In this document: positions 42,323 to 56,342 of the stretch, one piece after another
How positions within the stretch are numbered: position 1 is the first letter of the stretch
Layout of the letters: each line of letters opens with the position of its first letter
NCBI RefSeq assembly: GCF_006345805.1
Contig: NC_042997.1
Span: 145,080,001-145,144,000 of the forward strand
Source of the DNA: Octopus sinensis
Lineage: Eukaryota
Direction: 5' to 3'
Length of the DNA stretch: 64,000 nucleotides
The notes under the pieces: model-generated
What the model saw: the letters and a program-made list of their open reading frames with translations, nothing else
Told to the model about the DNA's origin: nothing
Database searches by the model: none
Program-made: the position numbers and the translations under genes

Positions 42323-42784
42323 TATATATACAAACATAAGGAAAGCAGAAAATGGGAATTGATGAATAACAATTGATTTACATAAATCATCATTTATTAA
42401 TTAATTACAAAAAGACAAAATCTCAACTTGCAGCTGTTTCCTTTAGCGTGCTTCTCAGTTTTAACCACCACAATAATAATAAAAATAGTTATCATTGTAA
42501 GTAATTAGTTATACCAAATTGAATCACAGAACCTCTTCAGAGCGGAAAAGTAAATAAAATATAGGTAAAAAGAAAAAGAAGAAAAGGGGGAAAGTGAGAA
42601 TGGTGTTAAACAACCGTTGCTACAACCCACTGTGAAACATTCGACCGACTAGAATTTAGAAATCGAATAAAGGGTAGTTATAATATTTAGAGGTACATTC
42701 CTATATACGGGAGGAAGGCGTTGGTTAAATATATAATAGCTAAACGAGCAATTTGATTAAGTCAAAAAATGAGGACGAAATGTT

Positions 42785-43037
42785 TCCTTCTCGAGTCATG
42801 CCAGGCTCCTTAGGGACGGTTTCTCGGTTTCAGTGGTGTATAAATTCCCTATCTGGACGGGACGCCGATCCATCGCAGGGTTATTCATTTTTGCCAGCTG
42901 AGGGGACTGGAGCAACGTAAAATGAAGTGCTCTCAAGAATATGCTCAAGAACACAATACATCGCCCGGTCCAGGAATCGAAACCACAATCTTACGATCGT
43001 GAATCCAACACCTTAACCATTAAGCCACACGCTTCCT
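42785..43037 (-). mobile_element. SINE family D with V-like tail
   Basis: Matches 53206-53468. Confidence 0.8.
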
Positions 43038-43499
43038 CTTATATTTACATGATTTATGTATATTTATCTGATGTATCTTTAATATAACCTGTATAGTATA
43101 TTACTGTGTGTGGTTTTGTATGTGCATGAGTTTGTATGGTCTTTGATCTCTTTAGAGTCTTTGTATATATACTATAATTTCAGTTTTTTTCTTTTATATT
43201 TTATATAGTTATATTTATATTTTGTATATTCTTCATAGTTTTCATGTCCACTCACGCATTTATAGTTTTTTTCAAATCATATTTTCATATATTTCAATAT
43301 AATTTTAATATATCTTTTAATATTTTTTTATATATAATTTTTATTTATTTAATTCTTGATTTAATTTTTTTCTCTTTTTGTGTTTTATCATTTATTCACC
43401 CATCTTGGTGGGATCTTGCATTAGGTGCGTTTTGCTTTCATATCGCTTCACACCTGTCCTCTGTTTAAACGTAAACCTCTTCGTTCCATACTTCAATCA

Positions 43500-43543
43500 G
43501 CGCCTGGTGAACGTACTTATGTATGTGAAACTATAAGTAGCGC
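43500..43543 (+). ncRNA. Type-I hammerhead motif with one core substitution (CUGGUGA)
   Basis: gcgc CTGGTGA acgtac ttat gtatgt GAAAC tataa GTA gcgc: all three stems pair. Confidence 0.7.
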
Positions 43544-43563
43544 GTATAATGCATGTAGGATGA

Positions 43564-43645
<82 letters not shown>

Positions 43646-43648
<3 letters not shown>

Positions 43649-43850
43649 ATCCAAACATGAAAACACAAAGAGAAAACCCAACAACACGAGGACGTGGAAC
43701 AAGTATAGTATTATTGGACGCTCAGAAAAGAAGGAGGGTTTAACGTTCCGAGCGGAGCTCTTCGTCAGAAACATAGGAAAAGGAAAGATCCAAAGAAGGG
43801 AAGACGGGAGGAGGGGAAATCGCCAACGGTACACACGCGGTCACATTTTG
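43646..43850 (-). mobile_element. Short PLE-type element carrying a minimal hammerhead (43738-43772; GAAA changed to GGAA)
   Basis: Minus strand gttt CTGACGA a gagc tcc gctc GGAA c GTT aaac; abuts (TA)n; homologous to 990-1195. Confidence 0.75.
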
Positions 43851-44065
43851 AATGACCAGAAGGGAATGGGTGAAGAAAAAGTTCTTTCAAAGACAGGAGA
43901 GTGCAAGAGGAGGTATGTGTGTGTAAGTGTGGATATGTGCGTGCGCGCAGGTCTGCGTGTGCGTGTGTGTGTATGTGTGCAATGATAGCACGTGTGTGTG
44001 TGTGTGGTTGGGCTTAGTATTGTTTAAGGTCAAGGAAGAATGAAGTTGGAGTGGCTCATACATAT

Positions 44066-44365
44066 ATCACCGTGATCACCGTGACCGACCAGACTATCAA
44101 ATGTTGATACACATCGCTGGTCACATTGTTTTAGCCTTCAAATCATGCCACCCCGCTGGCTAAGCGAGCAGGCCAACAGAAGAAAGAGTGAGAGAAAGTT
44201 GTGGCGAAAGAGTACAGCAGGGATCACCACCACCCCCTGCCGGAGCTTCGTGGAGCTTTAGGTGTTTTCGCTCAATAAACACTCACAACGCCCGGTCTGG
44301 GAATCGAAACCGCGATCCTACGACCGCGAGTCCGCTGCCCTAACCATTGGGCCATTGCGCCTCCA
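44066..44365 (-). mobile_element. SINE family C head with another tail type
   Basis: Head as at 13696; tail ...ggtcggtcacggtgatcacggtgat; ctcata(c/t)at on both flanks. Confidence 0.85.
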
Positions 44366-44603
44366 CTCATATATATATATATATATATATGGTGAGGGAG
44401 AGAGGGATGAGTGAGTGGGTGGATAAATCTTGATTACTGTGAATCCGTGAAATTATATTGTACTTCGTCTGGACTCTCGGTTTTTCAATTAAATATCACG
44501 ACTCTCAGACTTCAGATTTCTTACTTTGAGTCGCTTCATCCTTTGAACGTGTCATCTCCGAAAATGTATGCGTGCATATATGTATGTATGTATGTATACA
44601 TGC

Positions 44604-44636
<33 letters not shown>

Positions 44637-45924
44637 TGTATGTATGTACGTACGTAAATGTTGTCTTTGCCGGCGGTGGATTATTATTCAGTTAGAATAA
44701 GCTACAAGTGGCGAAACTTGAAGTCACTGACAGCTTATAAATTGTGTGTGCGCATGCGCGTGTGTGTGTTTGTGTGTGTTTCAAATCACACTTAAAATGT
44801 TTTTCTTTACAAAGAATCCATTATCGGGCTCCATAAATATGAATTTACAAAGCGTTGTAATTATTATATAAACCGATAACAGACGATTCGGTGTAATGTC
44901 TATACCATGTATTGTTTGTATTCAATTTATCTATAAAATAATTGCATAAATACTTATATACACATGCAGACGCCGACATTTATTCACACACACACACACA
45001 TACACAGATACATACATACGTACATACATACATACATACATACATACATACATACATACATCATACATACATACATACATACATACATACATACATTCTT
45101 GCACACACACATATACATAGATACATACATACATTCTTGCATACATATACTATCATACATATTTGTATGTAGGTAGATATATATATATACGTAAATGTAT
45201 GTATATAAGTTTGTATGTATGTATGTATGTATGTATGTATGTATGTATGTATGTATGTATGTATGCATGCATGTATGTATGTATGTATACGTGTGTGCAT
45301 GCACATTTTCCTTTTCATCCTTTCTTCTTGGGTCTCTACCCTCCGTCCCCCCACCCCACTCACAACCTTCCCCCTCACTCTCTCTAATCCACCTCTTCCT
45401 CTCTTCCTCAACCCACACCTCATGCTCTCTAGTCCACCTCCTCCTCCTCCTCTCTACCTCTCTACTTCACCTCCTCTTCTCTAAACCACCTCCTACTCTC
45501 TCTACTCCTACTTTCTCTCTCTATTTTACCTCCTTCTCTCCTTATCCAGTCTCTTTTCCTTATCCAGGGTAAAAAAAAAAAGACCTATCGTCTGTTTTAT
45601 ACAGTAAACAAGAGCTATTTAGTAATAACATGTATTTCAACTCCATACTGTTTACCAATTTCCTTCGTCACAACATCACGATAACTAAAGCTATTCATTG
45701 AGGTTTTTTTCTCTACAGCTGTCATATTGTTTTATTTCTTTCATCGCAACGAATTCTCGTCAACACAGGCAAATACCACAACCGCCACGAACATACTACG
45801 CTACACCACACCATCTTTACCACCACCATCACCACCGTTACCATCATCACCACTACCACCACCATCAGTACCACCAGTAACTTCAAACATCTCTAAACAC
45901 CAATGTTACTACTACTACTACTAG

Positions 45925-45985
<61 letters not shown>

Positions 45986-46087
45986 ACTTCCACTACTACT
46001 ACTACTACTACTACTCTACTACTACTACTACTACTACTACTACTGCTACTACTGCTGCTGCTGCAGCTGTTGTTGTTGCTGCTGCTG

Positions 46088-46126
<39 letters not shown>

Positions 46127-46174
46127 ATAACCACTGCAAATCTATCAGAAAGTTTTATTGCAAACCTATACAAG

Positions 46175-46442
46175 CCGTAGCTGTGTGGTAAGAAGCTTGC
46201 TTCTCAAACACACGGATCAGGGTTCAGTCCCACTGAGTGGGACCTTGGGCAAATGTCTTCTACTCTAGCCTCAGGCCGTCCAAAGCCTTGTGACTGGATC
46301 TGGTAAACGGAAACTGAATGAAGCTTGTCGTATATATATATATAGGTGCAGGAGTGGGTATGTGGAAAGTAGCTTGCTTACCAGCTTCGTGGTTCCATGT
46401 TCAGCCTTGTGAGTGGATTTGGTTGGCGAAAACTGAAAGAAG
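46175..46442 (+). mobile_element. Two 5' halves of family A SINEs
   Basis: Heads at 46175 and 46345. Confidence 0.75.
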
Positions 46443-46972
46443 TATAAAACTAGCTTTGAAACATTGAATGGCTAACGGGCACCACCAGGATAGATTAGTA
46501 ATCAAAGGGGTCCATAGGTGGAAAATGGTTGAGAACCACTTCTCTAATAGTCATTAGACTTGCTAGGAATAACAGCTAGTCCTTCCTATAACCACACACG
46601 TTCCATCTTAGGAAGGAGTCTTAATGTTATCCAATAATACACCATTCCTGGCATCTTGGAATATACAAGCTATTTGATCTCAAGTTTAATCAATTAAAGC
46701 CTGTCACATGCATACACACATATCTATTGTTGACGTCATAACAATTTATTAACTACAAGAGAGCGTGAAATAATTCTTTTTAAGGAACGGTGTATCCTGA
46801 AGCGGATAAAACTATAAAAACAAAAACGTGTAGATATTGGGATAGAAAAATCAAAAGGCTGAATGTGAGACTCTAACCCACATCCCTTGTAAGTATGAGG
46901 CCGAAACAACGCTTCGAATTTCTCCAACTACTTTAGAATCTTTATCCTTACAAATGAGGATAAGAATTTATA

Positions 46973-48210
46973 ATGGGTTGGCAAGAAGGTAATTTCGTTT
47001 TCCGCAAATAGATTGAGTAACGATTTTTTTAATGACTTTTGTCAATGTTATAATTTCTTTTTTCCTTTTAGAATTTAAAAGTGATTACTTTTAGCTTACT
47101 TTAGAAGCAAATTGCGTGTAATTTTGCTTATAACTGTTAATTTAGTTTTACATGAAGTGCAAAATGAACATTTTCGCTATATTTTGCTTTATTTTATTTC
47201 CGTAAAGGTAAGAAAGCTGCTGAGGATCACAAAGAGATGTGTGAAGTTTATGGTGTTAATTGCCTAACAGAATACACAAGTCAGAAATGGTTTTTAAAAT
47301 TCCGTTCTGAAGATTTTTCACTCAAAGATGACCAACGTTCTGGGCGACCTACAGAAGTTGATGATGACCAATTAAAAACTATAATTGAATCTGATTGTCA
47401 TATAACTGTGTGAGAGATTGCGGTAGGTAAATGTATCACACACACAGCAATTGAAAATCATTTAACATGTCTTGGACTCGTTAAGAAGCACGATATTTGG
47501 GTTCCACATAAACTGAAAGCGATTCACTTAACACAATGAATCAGTATTTGAGATATGCATCTCAAACGCAATGAAATTGACCTTTTTTTAAACGAATCAT
47601 CACTGGTGATGAAAAATGGATTGTCTACAATAACATCAGTCGAAAACGATCATACTACAAGCGTAATGAACGAGCACAAACCACATCGAATGTTGAACTG
47701 CATCAAAAAAGGTCATACTATCAATTTGGTGGGATTACAAAAGTGTTGTGAATTTTGAGCTGCTTCCAAGGAACCAAACAATCAATTCAGATGTTTACTG
47801 TCAACAACTAATGAAACGGGAGGAAGCATTCAAGGAAAAACGGTCAAAATTAGCAAATCGTAAAGGAATTGTGCTCCACCATGACAACGCTTGACCACAC
47901 ACGCCTTTGGTAACTCGAGAAAATTTTATTGGAGCTTGGTTGGGAAGTGATGGCACATCCACTATATAGCCCTGACCGTGCCCATCAGATTACCATTTAC
48001 TCTTTTTGCTCTTTTACTTGTTTCAGTCATTTGACTGCGGCCATGCTAGAGCACCGCCTTTAATCGAGCAACTCGACCCCGGGACTTATTCTTTTGTAAG
48101 CCCAGTACTTATTCTATCGGTCTCTTTTGCCGAACCGCTAAGTAACGGGGACATAAACACACCAGCATTGGTTGTCAAGCAATGCTAGGGGAACAAACAC
48201 AGACACACAA

Positions 48211-48303
<93 letters not shown>

Positions 48304-48750
48304 TACGACGGGCTTCTTTCAGTTTCCGTCTACCAAATCCACTCACAAGGCTTTGGTCGGCCCGAGGCTATAGTAGAAGACACTTGCCCAAGGTGCCACG
48401 CAGTGGGACTGAACCCGGAACCATGTGGTTGGTAAACAAGCTACTTACCACACAGCCACTCCTGCGCCTATAGCCACTCCTGCGCCTATTTATTTCGAAG
48501 TTTGCAAAATTCTTTGAGTGGTAAAACTTTCAATAATGATGATGACCTGAAATCACACTTACTTCAGTCTTTGGCTAATAAGGACCTGAAGTTCTATGAG
48601 CGCAGCAGAATCATGAAGTTGCCAGAAAGATGGCTAAAGGTCATCGAACAAAATGGAAAATATATAATTGATTAAAGTTCATTCTTTGTACGAAGAAAAA
48701 CGACTTTTATTTCATACTGAAACACCGAAATTACTTTCTTGCCAACCCAG
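46973..48750 (+). mobile_element. Full-length decayed mariner (DD34D-type) transposon, ~1.29 kb excluding the SINE insert
   Basis: TA|atgggttggcaagaaggtaatttcg ... cgaaattactttcttgccaacccag|TA; motifs SGRP, WVPHKL, ITGDEKW, HDNA.PH, YSPD..PSDYHLF; frameshifts and stops present. Confidence 0.95.
48000..48487 (-). mobile_element. Young family A SINE inserted in the mariner DYHLF codons
   Basis: attta on both sides (47995-47999, 48488-48492); 18-bp duplication of its 5' end. Confidence 0.95.
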
Positions 48751-48879
48751 TAAACTTTCAAGAGAACGGGAATTAATTATTTTTTTGGAGCGATGAATCT
48801 CGAAATAAATAAAGCTATAAGAAATATATATTTATGTATACATATGTATTATGTGTGTATGTGTGTACGTATGCATATC

Positions 48880-51540
48880 ATTGTTCAGTTTATTTCAAGA
48901 TTTCTTGCCAATAAAGAGCCGGTTTCTAACCTAGATCCAAGGCTCCTTCATTGGAATTTCAACATCAACAGCAGGGTATTTTTGTTTGTATGTATGCATG
49001 TATGAATGTATGTATGTATGTATGTATGTATGTATGTATGTATGTATGTAGGTTTGTATGCATTCATGCATGTATGCACATGTGCAGACCTGCATGCTCC
49101 GCGTTATGTATTCTCATGCACACAGTTGCACACCCAGATATGGTCATACATATTTAAATGACAAACTTCCGGGAAGTTTTACAGACCAGTGATGGACAGG
49201 ATCTGCAGTCTTCGAACCAGTCTTCCCTCCTCTGATCTTGAGAAGCCCAATCTCTCAAGACTGCCATTCGAGTAGTGTGACATATATTCCAGAACCCCAA
49301 TAATTACAGGTATACACCTGAACATGTAATCTGGATGGAGCAACTGCAGATTTCTCAATTGTTCAGCGTATGTGTTCTCTTTTTCACTGATTTTCAGCTT
49401 TATGTTAACATCCGTTGGATAGCTAACTTCCAGAACTGTACACAGTTTCTCTTTTCTATCCCAAATCATTATATCAGGTCTACTGTGCTTACATTTTATT
49501 GAGGTCTTCACTAGGACATTCCACCAGTACTCCTTTTTATTATGAGTGGCTGTATCTTCTACGATACTGTTAGCTTTTATTTCTTTGTCCTCGGGGTTAT
49601 CTTTCCGACGGATTTCATTATATAGTGTCCTAGCTACAACATCATGTCTCATCGGTAGATAATACCGTGATGACACTTTCGGACAAGTATTTACTATGTG
49701 GATGACATCATTGGTGCCAAATCCACAAAGTCTGCATCGGTTGTTACATTTTAATGACCCTCCTGCATCTCCATCCCTTTTGTGCATCAAGCACCTGGCC
49801 GACATCTCCTGTTCCTGGATTGCAAACGCGCACCCCTCAAAGTGGGAGGTAGCAATCCGGCCATTGGTCCATGACAGACTGATCCGATGACCAATGTCAT
49901 CATCATCCCGGAGCTCTCTACCAACTCATCCATGCATAGCCCTCTGCTCACACGGACTCATTCCCTCATCTGACGACACGCCGCAGTAGAGTCGTGCGAC
50001 TTCCCTGGGCATGTATTATAGGTTATCAGATAAGGGATGCCGCTCAAAGAGCCGCCCTTATGATGTTATCAGTCTCATGTATGCAAACTTGGTTAAGAGA
50101 TGCACTTCGACAACCGGTGGTTAAAAGATGTTGCCGAAAGGATATGACACAATATTCAAAGACATTTTCGATCGATGTTAAGCCTCTGCCACCTTGTTTT
50201 CGTTTTAGGTAGAGGCGGTCTACGTCACTGTTTAAGTGGAAATTATATGAACTTGTTAGTATTTTTCGGGTTTTCAAATCAATGGCTCGGATCTCATTAA
50301 ACATCCAGTCAAGCAGCCCAAATGTTGGCATGAGTACTAGCTCTACAAACACTTTGTGGGCCACTACTTTCTTGAATGCAAAGAGTCCCGAGGCCCAAAT
50401 TTTCCTTACTCGGCTGCAATACTCCTTAGTGATACGTATTTTGCCACAGGTGCTACCGCAACATATATCCACATATGTCCCCGCCTGAGAACAATCAGTC
50501 TGCAAGCGAGTGTCCTCTCCGCGCTGTCTCCAGACATCACCTCCATCTCCTTCTCTACTTTCCCTTGGTGGGACATATAGTTATTTGCTTGTTTGCACGA
50601 AATAAGCATCATTACATGACTGATGGTCCTCCGTAACCAAGTTATCTTTTTCTCTGTCTTCAAAACTCCTGACGGTACCTTCTTTGTTGCTTCGGTTTTG
50701 TTTACCTTTTGAATGTCACTTATGAATTTATTTGTAGCAGCCAGAGCACACAAGCAGGCGTCAATCCGCAAGAATGTGGGCCCATCTCACAGCCGCAAAT
50801 ACTCATCACTAATCTCGCCAACAGCCTTCAATATTGCACCCGGTGATCTTCCATTTACCTTGGGAGAGAATACTCTCTGAAGAGAGTGCTTCAAAGCCAA
50901 AGCCACTTCTTCTCGGAAAATTTCAGCAAGGGCACACCCCTAACGGTATATAATCCTGACCACTACTACTACTACTACAATAATCGTTTCGGTTGCGCCT
51001 GCTGTTTACCACAGTCGCAGCAGGGGAACAATAGTCAGTTACCTGAGCCAGTAATGTAGTCTGGCTGGCAGGCACTATGGAATCTGTTGGAATGTCGCCA
51101 CTCATACCACTCACGCTTTCGCCCTTGTCTATAGAGCTGAGAAGAAAGTCAATCCTTGACCCTCCAACAAAGTTACATTTACTAACCCTCTTCGACATGT
51201 TTCACAAACATCGCCCACCGGCACAGCTTCTTCGCAGCAAAATGATTCAACTCCGGATACAGATCGTCCCAATATGACCTCAATTGATTCATATAGCCAA
51301 CATAAAGGTTTTCTTTCGCTTTTCTGAAGCGGTTAAATAGATCAGCATTCAATTCATAACTCCAGTAGAAATAAGTTTTGTAATTACAGTTTCTTCTATA
51401 ACTACAGCAAGAAAGAATTTGTTTACCTGTTGAGCTGTTGTTTTCGCTCTCTTTTTCGGTTGCTTTGTTGTTGATGTGTCCAGCCATGTTGTTTGTAGAA
51501 ACTCTCTGCATGCTAAATTCAAGTTTCAGTCGAAAACCAA
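48880..51540 (-). mobile_element. Internally deleted R4/Dong-like LINE (N-terminal domain, RT thumb, CCHC, RLE, 3' UTR)
   Basis: 'YWS.ELN.DL.......GYMNQL..YWD..YP'; 'IDLKTRKILT...FHLNSDVDRLYLKRKQGGRGL'; 'CRLC.....VIHIVNTC'; 'RHDVVA'; 'RPDI.IWD..EKE..Y..L'; RT core absent near 50480-50520. Confidence 0.85.
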
Positions 51541-51899
51541 TACGATCGTGAATAAAAGGTTCCCTCAGTTAATTCATCTGAAGATTAACGAGTTATTTAA
51601 CAAGGCTACTTGTTGTGGCTTCAAAGTTGGAGATAGTATTCATCGTATTTTCGATAAATAGTCTCCCACGCTAAATATGTAACTTGTCGCTTCGACGTAT
51701 GTACTTATGTATGCAGGAAGGGTATCGAACCGTAGAATCTATACCAAGATGGATATATGTGTGTGTATGTGTCTATGTGTCTGTGTGTGCGTGTGTGTGT
51801 GTGTGTGTATTATTTGTATTATTATTTAATTGATCGTCATGCATCCATTCCCAAGTTTATGTATGTGTATGTGTGTGCGCGCGTGCGTGTGTGTGTAAA

Positions 51900-52230
51900 G
51901 ACCCCTTCGGTCATGAATGACCATTGGATTGCATCTAGAAAGTTCCCCTCTGTGGTACAAGTCCAGGCAAGTGTGTGTTTGGAAGACCAGCTGTCGTCCA
52001 CGCATTCCAGCCTCCTGTCTCCATGCCTCAGATGTTGTGCAGTGGAAAGGCAAAGGCTGATACAGCTTGGCACCTGTGACGTCGCAACTTATTTCTACAG
52101 CTGAGTGAACTGGAGCAACATGAAATAAAGTGTCTTGCTCAAGAACACAATATACGGCCCGGTCCAGAGATTGAATTCACTATCTCATCATTGTGAGCCC
52201 GACGTTCTAATCACTGAGCCATACGCCTTC
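51900..52230 (-). mobile_element. SINE family D with the third tail type
   Basis: Reverse complement of the 31630-32060 pattern. Confidence 0.8.
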
Positions 52231-52257
52231 ACATACACGCACATACACACACATACA

Positions 52258-52291
<34 letters not shown>

Positions 52292-52654
52292 CAAATATAT
52301 ATTTGTGTGTATGTGTGTGTGCGTGCGACTACGAGTATGAGTGCTCGCGTGCATGCGTATGTGTGTGTGTGCGTGTGTACATGTATATGCGCGCGTGTGC
52401 GCGTGTATGCGTACTTGCATGTATACGACGAATTTCCATACAGTTTCTGTCTATGAAATCCACTCACAAAACATTTTGTCTGATGTTCTGACTCAGATTT
52501 CCTTGTGAAGATTCTCCGAAACCTTTGTGATCAATAAACGGTCGCTAGGGAATAATATTGGTCAATAAGATGACTTTATGACAAATGCATCTTTCAATTA
52601 TTTCTGTTTAATTCTCTATTTGTCGAGCAATCTGTATATCTTACTCAACGTGGA

Positions 52655-52836
52655 TATGACGACGACGGCGGCGGCGGTGGCGGTGGCGGTGGTGGTGGCG
52701 ATGAGGTGGTGGTGGTGGTGGCTGCGGTGGCGGCGGCGGCGATGGTGGTGGTGGTGGCGGCGGAGGCGGCGGAGGCGGCGGAGGCGGCGGAGGCGGTGGC
52801 GGTGGCGGTGGCGGTGGTGGTGGTGGTGGTGGTGAT
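52655..52836. repeat. GC-rich (GGC/GGT)n tract
   Basis: Direct reading. Confidence 0.95.
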
Positions 52837-53205
52837 GAAAGCCACTATACTGCAGTATAGTTATCTGGTATAGAAGTACAGAAGCGTCAGTAGTAGGCGA
52901 GGAATATCCAGCAGTGGCGGTGGAATTGCTAGATCACGTGATTTCTGCATACTTGCGTGTCATCGGCAGCAAGTATCCTCTACCCTCACATGCTTAGACA
53001 AATCCCCCTACCCACTGATGTATAAGAAAAAAAACTGATCTTACCTTCATTGATTTCGCAAATATCTGACAGGCTGGGTAAAACGCACAACATATTCTGT
53101 AAAGTAGAAAAAAACCTGGCTTGTATAAGCTGTACGGAGAGTTAAGGAAAACAAAATGACTCATTAATAATAAATTGTTCAGAAATTTGCCTAACAAGGG
53201 ATTTT

Positions 53206-53468
53206 AAAAACATAAATAAATGCGCCCTTTTAAAGCCTAGCCAGGCTCATGGGCCCGGTTTCTCGGTTTCCATGGTGTATGTGTTCCCCAGCTGGACGGG
53301 ACGCCAGTCCATGGCAGCGTTACTCATATTCGCCAGCTGAGTGGACTGGAGCAACGTGAAATGAAGTGTTTTGCTCAAGAACACAACGCGTCGCACGGTC
53401 CAGGAGTCGAAACCACAATCTTACAATCATAATGCTGACACCCTAACCACTAAGCCACGTGCCTCCAC
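53206..53468 (-). mobile_element. SINE family D, full length with V-like tail
   Basis: Minus head gtggaggcacgtggcttagtggttagg...ggtttcgactcc; imperfect TSD aacaa(g/a)ggattt. Confidence 0.9.
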
Positions 53469-53809
53469 AACAAAGGATTTAGTTAATACAAAATTTCTTA
53501 AACTTTTTCTATGACGTTTGATGAATTTCTGCATTGTCAGAGATTTATTTAATCTCGTTTGAAAATTAACTTTATGAAAGACAAAGGGAATGAAAAGCAT
53601 TAACAAAATATATTAGCAGCACGCTAACAAAACTAATGATTAAAAAAACCATCACATTGACTCGGGTCAAATGTCTTGACTTACAACAGAAATGTCACCG
53701 AGTTCTTTCAGAGATAGTGTCAAATAGTTATGTGGTTTGGCGGGTATACTCTTAGAGTAGCGAAATTTATGCACACACCCCCTTTCAATGTGTATGTATA
53801 TGTGTATGT

Positions 53810-53859
<50 letters not shown>

Positions 53860-53862
53860 TAT

Positions 53863-53914
<52 letters not shown>

Positions 53915-54008
53915 AGAAAGATTAAACTATATACATCCCTGCATGCATACATACATACATACATACACACATACACGCATGCATACATACATAAATACAT
54001 ACATACAT

Positions 54009-54040
<32 letters not shown>

Positions 54041-54329
54041 TCACGGCAAACCGAATAGAATACACTGCAAGACAATAATATCAGGCTACAGAATCATGCA
54101 GTTATACACTACTAAACTACAATAATCTACTAAACTACTAAACTACATTACCATACCACTCTAAACTACATGCAATTTTATACCACTCGATCAGACATCA
54201 TCATACCACACGCCCTGTCTTTCTCATCACACCACACTCCCAGACAACACTCTCAAATTGCACAGACGACACTATTAGCCTAAACTGCCGTACTGTACTC
54301 GTTTATATTATCAAATATGTTACGGCAAT

Positions 54330-56210
54330 TGATTGGCAGAATCGTTTGAGCATCGAACAAAATGAATGCCGTCTGGTATTTCTTCCAGTTCTTTGCATTT
54401 TGAGTTCAAATCTTACGGAGATTAACTTTACCTTTTATCCTTTCGGGAACGACAGAATAAATGGTACCTCAGCATGACTGCAGACTAATGACTGAAACAA
54501 GTTAAAGAATAACAGAATCAAATACTGGAATTGATGGTATTGGCTTGTCCCACCCGTAAGAACTGCTAATCGTGTCCCTAAGTTAACCCGTAATACCGGT
54601 TTACCGGTAGATGGCATATTTTTCTCTATACCGTAGCACCGCTATACTGGGAGAGTGCATCAGGAAGCCAGGTGTATGATCAAATAAGGTTCAGGAGATC
54701 AGGGCTCAAAGGGTTAATAAGCATTATTAACAGTGCTGAATGTGGTGAATCGGCAGAATTGATACCGCACCGAACAAAAAACTTAACGGTATTTCTTCCG
54801 TCTTCACGTTCCGAGTTCAAATTCCGCCGAGGTCGACTTTGCCTTTCATCCTTTCGGGGTCGATTAAATAAGTACCAGTTACGCACTGGGTTCGATATAA
54901 TCGACTTAATCCGTTTGTCTGTCCCCTCTGTTTAGCCCCTTGTGGGTAGTAAAGAAATGGGTATTTCTTCCGTCTTCACTTTATTTAACGTTGCTCCAGT
55001 TCATTCAGCTGTAGAAATAATGTTGTGTTGTGAAAGGCGGGGAGCTGGCAGAAACGTTAGCACGCCGGGCGAAATGCTTAGCGGTTTTACGTTCTGAGTT
55101 CAAATTCTGCCGAGGTCGATTTCGCCTTTCACCTTTCGGAGTCGATAAAATGAGTACCAGTTGAGTACTGGGATAAATTTAATCAACTTAATCCCTTCCC
55201 TGAAATTGTTGGCCTTATACCAAGATTTGAAATCATTAACAATGGTGACGGTGGCAGGCTGGCAGATTCATTAGCACACCGAACAAAATGATTAACGGCA
55301 TTTCTTCAAGCTTCATATTCTGAGTCCGAATTCCGCCAAGATTCACTTTGCTTTTTTCCTTCGGAGTCGATAAAATAATTATCAGTTGAGCACTTACCCT
55401 CTTCCCTCAAAATTTCAGGCCTTGCATCCATTTTAGAAAGAATAATTAATGGTGGTAGGAGGTCGGCAGAATCATTAAAACGTCAGAAAAAAAATGATTT
55501 GTAGTATTTTTTCTGACATTTTAAGCCGCAGGAGTAGCTCTGTGGTAAGAAGCTTGCTTACCAACCACATGCTTCTGAGTTCAGTCCCACCGCGTGGCAC
55601 CTTGGCCAAGTGTCTTCTACTATAGCCTTGGGCCGACCAAAGCCTCGTGAGTGGATTTGATAGACTGAAAATGAAAGAAGCCCGTCGTATATATGTATAT
55701 GTATATATAGGTGTGTGTGTTTGTCCCCCCCCACCACCACCACCATCACTTGACAACCGATATTGGTGTGTTTACGCCTCCGTAACTTAGCGGTTCGGCA
55801 AAAGAGACCGATGGAATAAGTACTAGGCTTACAAAGAATAAGACTTGGGGTCGATTTTTTCGACTAAACGCGGTGCTCCAGCATGGCCGCTGTCAAATGA
55901 CTGAAACAAGTAAAAGAATACACGTTCTGAGTTCAAATCTCATCAAGATCCATGTTTTCTTTTCATCTTTTTCTGGTTCGAAAAAATAAAATACCCATCA
56001 AGTTTTGGACCCATGGTATCGACTAACATCGCCCTAACTATCAAATTTGCTGCTCTTGTTCTTAACTTACGAATAATATTCCTTTCTACTATACGCACAA
56101 GACCTGAAATTTGGCGGGAGGAAGCTAAACGAATACATCGACCCCAGTGTTTAACTGGTACTTATTTCATCAATTCCGAAAGGATGAAAAGCAAAGTCAA
56201 CCTCAGCGGT
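54330..56210. mobile_element. Dense cluster of family B SINEs with a nested family A SINE (55525-55920)
   Basis: Family B heads at ~54335, 54750, 55036, 55255 and 55460; the last resumes at 55921; minus-strand copy at 56075-56210. Confidence 0.85.
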
Positions 56211-56308
56211 CTCAACCACTATGCTATATGCCCGTGGGTATATTGCGTAGTGGTTAAGAGCGCGGGCTACTAACCCCAAGATTCCGAGTTCAATTCCAGG
56301 CAGTGACA

Positions 56309-56342
<34 letters not shown>

